The position numbers were made by a program, and so were the translations under genes. A stretch of 64,000 nucleotides of DNA, from positions 191,463 to 255,462 of the forward strand of contig NIVC01001399.1 in the NCBI GenBank assembly GCA_002269645.1. Reading direction: 5' to 3'. Positions 26,867 to 37,147 of this stretch are shown here, piece by piece. Position 1 is the first letter of the stretch, and each line of letters begins with the position of its first letter. The notes below the pieces were generated by a model that had not been told where the DNA came from, did no database searches, and saw only the letters and a list, made by a program, of their open reading frames with translations. This stretch comes from Macrostomum lignano. Its lineage: Eukaryota.

Positions 26867-29800
26867 CTAGCAATCTTCGCCCCCCGATGGGGGGCATCTA
26901 GATAGAATCTCTGGCACTCTACAAGTATCAAAAAGACGGCCAAATAAAGCCTTCACATAGACAATAGAAAAACTGCTCAAATGAAGTGCAATGCAAAAAA
27001 ATATCCCAGGACAGCAAGCAACCCCCCAGATAGCAAGCACCCCCAGATAGCAAGCATCCACCTAATAGCAAGCACCCTTAGATAGCAAGCATCCCCAGAT
27101 AGCAAGCACCCTTGGATAGCAAGGCAAGCATCTCCAGATAGCAAGCACCCCCAGATAGCAGGCACCCCAGATAGCAAGCATCCACCTAATAGCAAGCACC
27201 CCAAGATAGCAAGCATCCACCTAATAGCAAGCACCCTTAGATAGCAAGCACCCCCAGATAGCAAGCACCCCCAGATAGCAAGCACCCCAAGTAGCAAGCA
27301 TCTCTAGATAGCAAGCACCCCCAGATAGCAGGCACCCCAGATAGCAAGCATCCACCTAATAGCAAGCACCCCAAGATAGCAAGCATCCACCTAATAGCAA
27401 GCACCCTTAGATAGCAAGCACCCCCAGATAGCAAGCACCCCCAGATAGCACGCATCTCCAGATAGCAAGCACCCCAGATAGCAAGCATCCACCTAATAGC
27501 AAGCACCCCCAGATAGCAAGCATCCACCTAATAGCAAGCACCCCCAGATAGCAAGCATCCACCTAATAGCAAGCACCCCCAGATAGCAAGCACCCCCAGA
27601 TAGCAAGCACCCCCAGATAGCAAGCATCTCTAGATAGCAAGCACCCCCAGATAGCAGGCACCCCAGATAGCAAGCATCCACCTAATAGCAAGCACCCCCA
27701 GATAGCAAGCATCTCCAGATAGCAAGCACCCCCAGATAGCAGGCACCCCAGATAGCAAGCATCCACCTAATAGCAAGCACCCCCAGATAGCAAGCACCCC
27801 CAGATAGCAAGAACCCCCAGATAGCAGGCACCCCAGATAGCAAGCATCCACCTAATAGCAAGCACCCCCAGATAGCAAGCACCCCCAGATAGCAAGCACC
27901 CCCAGATAGCACGCATCTCCAGATAGCAAGCACTCCAAGATAGCAGGCACCCCAGATAGCAAGCATCCACCTAATAGCAAGCACCCCCAGATAGCTAGAA
28001 CCCCCAAGATAGCAAGCATCCCCCAGATAGCAAGCACCCCCAGATAGCACGCATCTCCAGATAGCAAGCACTCCAAGATAGTAGGCACCCCATTTATGTT
28101 TGACATGGTAGCTGTTTTGTGTCTGACATGGTGGCTCTTTAATGTTTGAGCTGGTGGCTCTTTTATGTTTGACATGGTGGCACTTTATTGTCTGAAATGG
28201 AGTCATGTATACGCTTGACATGGTGACTCGTAGATGTTTGACAAAGTGGCTCTTTTATGTTCGACATGTGGCTCTTTAATGTTTGACATGGTGGCTCTTT
28301 AATGTTTGACATGGTGGCTCTTTAATGTTTGACATGGTGGGTCTTTAATTTATGACATGGTGGCTCTTTTATGTTTGACATGATGGCTCTTTAATGTTCG
28401 ACATGGTGGCTGTTTAATGTTTGTTATGTAGTCATATGTATATGTTTTACATGGTGGCTCTTTTATGTGTGACATGGAGTCACGTATATATTTGACATGG
28501 AGTCACATATGTTTGACATGGTGGCTCTTTAGTGTTCGATATGGTGGCTCTTTAATGTTTGACATGGTGGCTCTTTTATGTTTGACATAGTGGCTCTTTA
28601 ATGTCTGACATGGTGGCTCTTTAATGTTTGACATGGTGGCTCTTTTATGTTTGACATGATGGCTCTTTAATGTTCGACATGGTGGGCTGTTTAATGTTTG
28701 TTATGTAGTCATATGTATATGTTTTACATGGTGGCCCTTTTATGTGTGACATGGAGGCACGTATATATTCGACATGGAGTCACATATGTTTGACATGGTG
28801 GCTCTTTAGTGTTCGATATGGTGGCTCTTTAATGTTTGACATGGTGGCTCTTTAATGTCTGACATGGTGGCTCTTTAATGTTTGACATGGTGGCTCTTTT
28901 ATGTTCGACATGTTGGCTCTTTAGTGTTTGACATGGCTCTTTAGTGTTTGACATGGTGGCTCTTTTATGCTTGACATGGTGGCTCTTTAATGTTCGACAT
29001 GGTGGCTCTTTAATGTTTGACATGGTGGCTCTTTTATGCTTGACATGGTGGCTCTTTTATGTTCGACATGGTGGCTCTTTTTTGTTCTACATGGTAACTC
29101 TTTTATGTTTGATACGGTGGCTTTTTAATATCTGACATTGTGGCTCTTCTATGTTTGACATTGTGGCTCTTTTATGTTTGACATGGTGGCTCTTTAATGT
29201 TTGACATGGTGGCTCTTTAATGTACGACATAAAGGTTCGTTTATGTTCGACATGGTGGCTCTTTTAGGTTTGACATGGTAGCTCTTTTATGTTCGACATG
29301 GTGGCTCTTTTAGGTTTGACATGGTGGCTCTTTTAGGTTTGACATGGTAGCTCTTTTATGTTCGACATGGTGGCTCTTAAATGTTTCACATGATGGCTCT
29401 TAAATGTCTTACATGGTGGCTCTTTTATGTTTGACAATGTGGCTCTTTAATGTTTTACATGGCGGCTCTTTTATGTTCGAAATGGTGGCTCTTTAATGTT
29501 CGACATGGTGGCTCTTTAATGTTTGACATGCTAGCTCTTTAATGTTCGACATAGTGGCTCTTTTATGTTTGGCATGGTGGCTCTTTAATGTTCTTCATGG
29601 TGGCTCTTTTACGTTTGACATGGTGGCACTTTAATGTTCGACGTGGTGGCTCTTTAATGTTCGAAATGGTGACTCTTTAATGTTTCACATGGTGGCTCTT
29701 TAATGTTTGACATAGAGTCACGTATTTGTTTTACATGGTGCCCATGTAATGTTTGACATGGTGCCTCTTTTATGTTTGACATTGTGCTTTTTTATGTTTA

Positions 29801-30386
29801 GCAGTTTCGTGTTTTCAAGGTGTTTTATAAAAAAATTATTTTGCACTACTAAGATTCGAACCCAGGTCGCTACGTTGGCAGTCCAGTCTGTTCGGATCTA
29901 GGCTATCTCTTTTCAATTGGAGTACATGAATTGTGGCCCTTATAATTAAATTCTTACAGCAAGTCAATTGGGGTAAAAAGTTATGACATAATCAATTTCT
30001 CAGTCAGCCAGTATCAGTCTCAGTTCAAGTTAGCAATATTGGTTACGCAATTTTAATCAAGTCGTGTGTGCATTTCTTCGGCACTGTTTTCAACTTGTTG
30101 TGATGCAATCTTTATGACAATCAGAATTCAGCCAGTCAGTTTTTTTCTCTAGCATTCTTACAATGAATTTTAGGTCGAAAGAGCTGCTTGACCTTTGCAA
30201 AAAAGCATGTTTTTCGAATATTTAATCCCTTTATCATTGAGCAATTTTTTAGCCAAGATGCATGTACCGTCCCAGGAAAATTTCTGATCGAATGGTGCAA
30301 GTTTGAAGAAAATCGGTTGAGCCATTTTTTCTGAAATCTATCGCATACCTACCCACATACAGACAACTCATTTTTAGTATATAGGA
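26867..30386 (-). mobile_element. Non-autonomous Helitron-like element, array unit 5 (near-identical to unit 2)
   Basis: Same termini. The ORF track gives identical 64 aa and 106 aa translations at an 8953 bp offset from unit 2. Confidence 0.8.
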
Positions 30387-30514
30387 TGCATGTACCGTCC
30401 CAGGAAAATTTCTTATCAAATGGTGCAGGTTTGAAGAAAATCGGTTGAGCCATTTTTTCTGAAATCTATCGCATACCTACCCACATACAGACAACTCATT
30501 TTTAGTATATAGGA
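30387..30514 (-). repeat. Tandem duplication of the Helitron-like 5'-terminal ~128 bp
   Basis: GATGCATGTACCGTCCCAGG...TTTTAGTATATAGGA is repeated immediately after unit 5, using GAT microhomology. Confidence 0.9.
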
Positions 30515-31222
30515 TTACCCCCCACGCCCTCCCCAGTAGCTTAAGCCCTCTAACTGCACTGCGTCTTGACTCTTCCCACACAAAACCAACTACACCCCCT
30601 TCCCGCCGCCGAATTTTTATTGCTTTTCTGAGTGTTTCAGCCTTAAGCTGCTATGTACATGTACATTTCAGTTTGCGTTGTGTAATGTACATTTATGACT
30701 GAACCAATTACAACAGCAAGCCAGCTAGCTGTTCTGTGTTTTCGTCTGATATTCTACATTGAATTGCTAACTATCTATATCACTCACCAATTCCCTAATT
30801 TTATCTCTGTCGTATGTACAGCCTTTTTGTTAAAACAGTTTCAGGCTACGAGTATATATTAAAAAGAGACAACCACACAATTGTGTGCCTTCTGTTTGCC
30901 CTTTTTCTACACTAACGAGAGCCCCACCCCCAGCCCCCCCCCACCGTGGCTTTAACAACCGCCCACCCCTCCTTTTCAGAAAATCGATACCCTCAGTTTC
31001 GTTGTCTATACTCTATCCCCTTCTGCGCGTACAACAAATGCACATTAAGCCAGTCCTGGGCGCAACGCGACCCCATTTTTGTCTCAGCCAATCACAATGC
31101 AGCAGACGAACTACAATTTTATTATAGCGTAACAATAAAATCAATGGAATGGAATGGTCAATTTCGTAAATCATACTCAGAACTGCCATTCGAAAGTGAA
31201 TTCGCTATTTTTCCGGGAAAAA

Positions 31223-34200
31223 ATGTTAACGATAAAAGATTACCAAATCCTGCAGTACTTAGGAAGCGGAACGTTTGGCACTTGTAGCAAGGTGTGCTTA
31301 AAAGCAGATCCAAAAAAAATATTTGCCTGGAAAGAGACCGACTACAATCAGTTCAGCGAATCCCAGCTGCAGATGCTGTGCCAAGAGGTCAATCTTCTGC
31401 GTTCATTGCAACATCAGAACATTGTCAGATTTTACGGTCGCATAGTTGACAAAAGCACTGGTCGCCTGTACGTAGTCATGGAGTACTGTTCCAATGGCGA
31501 TCTGAGCTCCTTAATCGCCTATTTTTCCGGTGTAAATCGCCTACTACCAAATTGCCTAGTTCCCGAGTCATTCGTGCGCAGACTCTGTGCTCAACTACTC
31601 TCGGCTTTGGACTATTGTCACTCTAGGAATATTCTTCATCGCGATTTAAAACCGGCCAATGTACTTTTAGACTCCGACTGGAATGCTAAACTAGCCGACT
31701 TTGGTCTGTCTAGAGTGCTGTCATCAATGCAATCATTGGCTACCACCTTTGTTGGTACGCCAATGTACATGAGCCCGGAACTGCTTGGCGACTCTGAAGC
31801 TGAAGGATTCAGTACTCCAAAATCTGATATCTGGGCGCTCGGCTGCGTACTGCACGAGCTGATGGCGCTGAAACGTGAGTGCTACTGAGAGATGATTGAT
31901 GAGAGATCTAACATGAGAGGGATGATCAAGACTTAAGATTGGAGAGAGAGAGAGAGAGAGAGAGAAGGGGTCTAAGATAAGCGCGGGATGATCAAAGACA
32001 TGAGATTAGGAGAGAGGGGAGGTCTAAGATGAGCGCGGAATGATCAAAGACATGAGATTAGGAGAAAGAGGAGGTCTAAGATGAGCGCGGAATGATCAAA
32101 GACATGAGATTAGAGAGAGAAGAGATCTAAGATTAGCGGATGATCAAAGACATGAGATTAGAGAGAGAAGAGATCTAAGATTAGCGGATGATCAAAGACA
32201 TGAGATTAGAGAGAGAAGAGATCTAAGATTAGCGGATGATCAAAGACATGAGATTAGAGAGAGAAGAGATCTAAGATTAGCGGATGATCAAAGACATGAG
32301 ATTAGAGAGAGAAGAGATCTAAGATGAGATTTACGATGTGTACTTTCTATTAGCTTCCATGCCTTCCCCACAGCTCCATTCAGCGCTCAGTCCAAGCCCG
32401 AACTGCGCCATAGAATTCGAAGTGGTTGCCACGCGGATCTGCCCGTAATGTTCTCGCCCAGCCTCCGCCATCTGGCCACCGAAATGGTGGTCCTCGATCA
32501 CAGCAAGCGACCGAGCGCAGGGGAACTGCTGGGGAGGGCCGAGGTTCGACTCTGGTCGGTTTCGAAGACCAAAGATTTTGGCTGCACAGTTTACACAAGG
32601 GGACGAGCTGAGCTGCAGCTGATGCAGGCGAGTGCATGCTGACTTTTTGTTAAAAACGGAGGTCAAGGGATAAAGCAAGGGGGTCAAGTCAGTCTGAGGA
32701 GATGACATCGGTTTGTGGGGGTTCGTACATCGGTCTGAGGATAAGGGGGAGGGTTACTCGGTCTGAGGACCTTGAGGCTCAACAAGCAAATAAGTCTATT
32801 AACTTTTAGCTGTAGTTGTATTAAGCTGTAGTTGTAATGGTCATAAAAAGTTATTAACCGCTACGATCTCATGTCAGGCTGATCTCAGCGATAAAGAAGC
32901 GAAATTAGCTGAGCGAGAGCGCCTGCTGGCCGAGGCGGAAGAGAAAGTCAATCAAAGGCAGACGGAACTGGTTGAGCTGGACAAGGCTCTCAAAGAGAAA
33001 CAGCAGCTTATTGCTAAAGCGACCGGCTCTGTTACCAGGCAAGTTGACGGGGCTAACTAATTAACTAACTAACTAACTAACAAAAACTGACTAACTACTC
33101 TTGTGGCTATCTAACAGTTTAAATTTTCAATAACCTTCGCAAAATAAATAATAATCAACTTTCATTACCGACTCTACTTGAAGTAGAAATATAAGGAAGC
33201 TATCTAAATTTATGAAAAGGATGCAAATATATTATACACTACTACTAGTAACTACTACTTCGCCTGTCCGGAAAGTCGTGAGAATGTGTCAGTCAAGCAA
33301 GAAAGCAGCAAGCTGATGACATGGCACACATAAAATTTCAATAATAGACTTATAGATGTCTATGGTGAAAATTCTTGTTATTCTAGCAGCAAAATTGGGG
33401 GCAGGGGCGAGCTCAGCATAAAGTGCTCAATAACCAATGCAACGCGGTGATCAAGCTTGAAAATTTCAATAGCGAGTTCGTCAAAATGGAAGATTTCCAG
33501 GCTTATGCCTACGCTAGATACCGTCTTGGAATCTCTGCTATTAGTTGTTATGACGAACTACTTAAAGTTTATGGAGATGCCGCACCAGGTCAGTCAACGG
33601 TTTACAGATGGTCCTCAAAGTTCCGTGATGAAGCATTTCCCCTGGCCTCAGCTCCTCGGACTGGCCGGCCACGGTCAACAAGGACAACGGAACTGATCGA
33701 AACCTGCCGAGCTCTCGTTGAAGAGGATTCAAAAGTTAGTGTCCGAGACCTCGCCGACTTTTTGGAAGTTGGTAAAACAACAGTGCACGAAATTTTGACC
33801 GAGGATTTGCACCTTCGAAACGTTTCTGCCGTCTGGGTTCCTCATGCTCTATCCGAGGAGAACAAGACTGCTCGCATCAATTGTGCCAAGCAAATCCGCA
33901 GGCTTTTTTACAACTAGGGGGTGGAAAACTTTTGCGACAAGTACGTGGTGGAAGATAAGACGTGGGTGTACCTGAACAACACTGGCACAAAGCAAACAAC
34001 AGGTGCTGGCTTGGCCAAGGGGATCATCGGCCCCAGGTTGTCAGGCACTCAGTCGGCAATGCAAAGACAATGCTTCTGGTTGCTTTCACTCCAAGCAAGC
34101 GCTTCTCCATTAAATCCACAGCCCCGAAGCAAACTGTTGATGCAGATGGCATAGTTGAATTCATTCGGCACACGGGAGACCTATGGCGTACTCTGAGGTC

Positions 34201-35036
34201 AAAGCCAATTCACCTGTCGGATGTTCTTTGGCAGTGGGACAATGCGCGACCTCACGTAGCCCGTTCTGTGCAGCAGTACATGGAGTCCCGTGGAGTTCAG
34301 CTGGTGTTTCAGAGTCCTTACAGCCCAGACTTCAATCTGTGCGACCGTTTTTTGTTCAGTTGGATCAAGACTGATTTCTCCAGGCGAGTGTTCAGCGACC
34401 ACAATGAAGTTCGAGAAGCTGCGTTGCAATGGGCAAGAGGCCTTGACGAAGATTGCTTGAAAAGAGAGGTTCAGCGACTTGTTGACCATTGCCAAGCTGT
34501 AATCAACGCAAGGGGAGATTGCATTACCAACTAGTGCTGTTATCGTGTTTTTTGATAGTTCTGACTGATTTTTTAAATACATTCTCGCGACTTTCCGGAC
34601 AGCCGAAGTAGTAACAAAATTGTCTTTTTAATTTAATATCAACATGATTGTCTTCAGACCGCGGCGTCACACGGAGACAGGTGTGCAGGCGATGAAGCCG
34701 AAGCAGCAGCAGCAAAAGTGTCAACTGCAGCAACCTGCATCTCGACACCGAATCGCCCTCCAAAGTATCGACTGTTCGCCAATCGCGGCAGTTTCAAATT
34801 CGCCTCAGCAGCAGCAGCAACTGCTGGAACGTGGCACGACGGTAGTCAGGGACGCTAGAAAAGTGACCTTGGCCAAGGGCAAGTACGTGAGTCCTGTAGC
34901 TACTCCGCCGGAGGGCTGTGAACAACGTCGAGCACCGCAGCCGGGCAGATACGAGCCTGTGCTGGACATGACGTTGCGCAGGCGCCAGAAACAGCTGCTG
35001 CAGAAGTGCAGTCCAGATCCTGGCGCTTGTGTGTAA
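31223..35036 (+). CDS. NEK2: NEK2-like (NIMA-related) Ser/Thr kinase, about 481 aa; exons 31223-31874, 32374-32627, 32878-33038, 34658-35036
   Basis: Intact kinase motifs GSGTFG, AWKE, HRDLKPAN, DFG, GTPMYMSPE and SDIWALG. The segment QMLCQEVNLLRSLQHQNIVRFYGRIVDK...LYVVMEYC is NEK2-like, and a coiled coil follows. Introns 2 and 3 use GC donors (CAG|GCGAGT, CAG|GCAAGT) and join in phase. Exon 4 assignment is less certain than exons 1-3. Confidence 0.85.
31895..32330. repeat. About 47 bp purine-rich minisatellite (GATGATCAAAGACATGAGATTAGAGAGAGAAGAGATCTAAGATTAGCG) in NEK intron 1
   Basis: Directly visible tandem copies. Confidence 0.93.
33253..34613 (+). mobile_element. Full-length mariner (DD34D) DNA transposon in NEK intron 3
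   Basis: TIRs TACTACTTCGCCTGTCCGGAAAGTCGTGAGAATGT and the reverse complement at 34579-34613, with 2 mismatches and terminal TA (target duplication). Confidence 0.93.
33486..34534 (+). pseudogene. Mariner transposase with one premature stop and one frameshift
   Basis: Motifs WVPHAL, EDKTW, DNARPH and YSPDFNLCD are present. There is a TAG at 33915-33917 and an apparent 1 nt deletion near 33995. Confidence 0.9.
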
Positions 35037-35269
35037 CTGCGAAATACGTGTCTGATGAATAAATTGCGCTTGCTGATTCTGGGTGTACAGACAATTGACT
35101 GTCCAATCTAAACCCAATCAAGGCTGATTCACACTACCATCAGATTAGGACACTAATTTACAAAGCAATGATAATTTTGATGTACAAGTTGTATGGTCGC
35201 ACGATGATTTTGCCATATTTTATGGCTATGTGAGCAAGCCTTAGAGACCCTTATTCCTATCCTAAATCT

Positions 35270-35610
35270 TAAGCTACACCAAAATCTAACCAAAAGCCAT
35301 AACCTAACCGTAGCCTAAACCTTAACCCTAAGCTAAACGCCCAACTCTAACTCTAACCATAAACCTAAGCTATGAGTAAACTGCATCTTAAACTGTAACA
35401 CAAACCTAACCTAAACCTAAACCTAAAGCAAACTTAACCTGAACCTAAACTGAACCCTAACGCAAACCTAACCTAAATCCAACCCGAACCCTAACGCAAA
35501 CCTAGAATAACCTAAATCTGATGCAAACCCTAACGCAACCCTAACTTAAACCCTAACACTAACCTAACCTAAACTCTAACCCAACCTTATTTAACCCTTT
35601 TACTACCCTA
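35270..35610. repeat. Degenerate CCCTAA/CCTAA-like repeat tract
   Basis: Many imperfect AACCCTAA/AACCTAA motifs with no perfect run. Confidence 0.75.
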
Positions 35611-35777
35611 ATCTAAATATAAGTTGTCAACAGTCAAATATTTGGTAGTCAATTTTGATTTTTTTAATAACTATCCGGTGGCTTAAAGTTTAGCCGAGAT
35701 TAGCTATATTTGGAATGAATAAAAAATAAAACTATTAAATAATTATTGTTTGATTTTTTTAGTTATTCACACAAACT

Positions 35778-35889
35778 CAATATTGACGGGTTGCTTTCAC
35801 AACCTCGAAACAACCTCACTTGTGAAGTCGGCTGCTAAAATGGTCTTCGAGGTTGTGAAATTTCGAGCTTGTGAAGCGACCCCATATTG
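35778..35889. mobile_element. Small palindromic MITE-like element (~110 bp)
   Basis: CAATATTGACGGGTTGCTTTCACAACCTCGAAA is mirrored imperfectly by TTTCGAGCTTGTGAAGCGACCCCATATTG. Confidence 0.5.
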
Positions 35890-36309
35890 ACTACCAAATA
35901 TTTGATTAATTCCTTCCCAATATTCAACAATCTAATCACGATTCGTCATCTATGAAGATTCTATGCACTTTTAGCTACATATACTTTCATTTATTGCAAT
36001 CTGACAACTTTCAAAGATAATTAGAATATTTATTCGTTTAAATATAAACCAATTTTTATTGCAAACACTTTTTGTGTTTGGAATAGCAAGTATCATCTTT
36101 TTAATTATTTATTTGTCTATTGCAAATTGCAATTGTAAAACTTACTTACTAGCTAGTTTAGTTAGTTTACTTAAGTTTCCTAGCTATCACAAAGTACACC
36201 TAGATCAAAGGAGTGAATTATCGAGCTGGTATGGACAGTGTATGAAATATTCAAAACTTGCTCGAAACCGTCTAGTTTATGGGAATTTTCTAGTATGTGA
36301 ATAGCCTCA

Positions 36310-36500
36310 CTTTTGTGAATAGTCTCGACTTAGTGTAAACCGTCTATGGTTTGTGTAAATAGTCTCTAGTTTGTGTGAATAGTTTATAGTTTGTGTGAAT
36401 AGTTTATAGTTTGTGTGAATAGTATCTAGTTTGTGTGAATTGTTTATAAGTTCCTAGTTCATTTGAACCGTCTATAGTTTGTGTGAATAGTCTCTACTTT
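36310..36500. repeat. About 20 bp minisatellite (TTTGTGTGAATAGTCTCTAG)
   Basis: Several diverged tandem copies. Confidence 0.85.
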
Positions 36501-37147
36501 TTGTGAACAGTCAATGTCAATAAGACTAGCTTTTGTGAATTGAGCTAAGTTAAAATACAAAAAGTTACATAAAAAGAAGCAGTATCATTTCCTTCAAAGA
36601 TGGAAATCAGAAAAGTGAAAAAAACAACAGTTTTGTATTGTTTATTTGTTTAGAAAATATTGCAAAAAAGCAAAAAATAAACGCACAGAGGAGAAACCGG
36701 CTTAATGCAATAGTTGAAAACTGTAAACGGGAGTAGTGACCAAATAATAAAGGATTTTTTGACTCAAATAAATGGAGTCTATTAGGCATAAAGTGAACTA
36801 AATGTGTATAAAAACTGGAACAAATAACGACAAAGAGAGCAAAAAGCCGCAAAATAAACGCAAAACAAACTTCGGCCACTAAGAGGTGTTTGTTTTCTGA
36901 TTGAGGAAATCAATCTTGGCCAGATTTGAAAACGAACGAATGTACTTTTAACCAGCCATAAAGCCATCAAAACCGTGCTTACCCTGGACTGAGAGATGAT
37001 GAAATGAAACACAAACTTAGAAGCAGAAAAAGAAGCCGACTGCATTGTGAAAAGCTTAGTATAGCACGGCAGCTAGTATAGTTAACTTGTGTTGAGTCAG
37101 TACTCAACCAGTAGAGTTTCAGTCTCAAGTAGCTCCCGCTGCACTGC

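Noticed and set aside
15114-29135. Dozens of MLAIWG / GDACYL / MSNIKEPP ORFs
   Set aside because: These are translations of the 17-18 bp and 22-23 bp minisatellites inside the Helitron-like units.
17381-29906. Functional tRNA-Ser/Gly genes in the repeat units (also the SINE heads at ~14.1 and ~50.5 kb)
   Set aside because: The A/B boxes and T arm are present, but no acceptor stem can form, so they are treated as tRNA-derived cassettes.
35270-35610. True or recently healed telomere
   Set aside because: The tract is highly degenerate, has no perfect (CCCTAA)n run and is flanked by genes on both sides.
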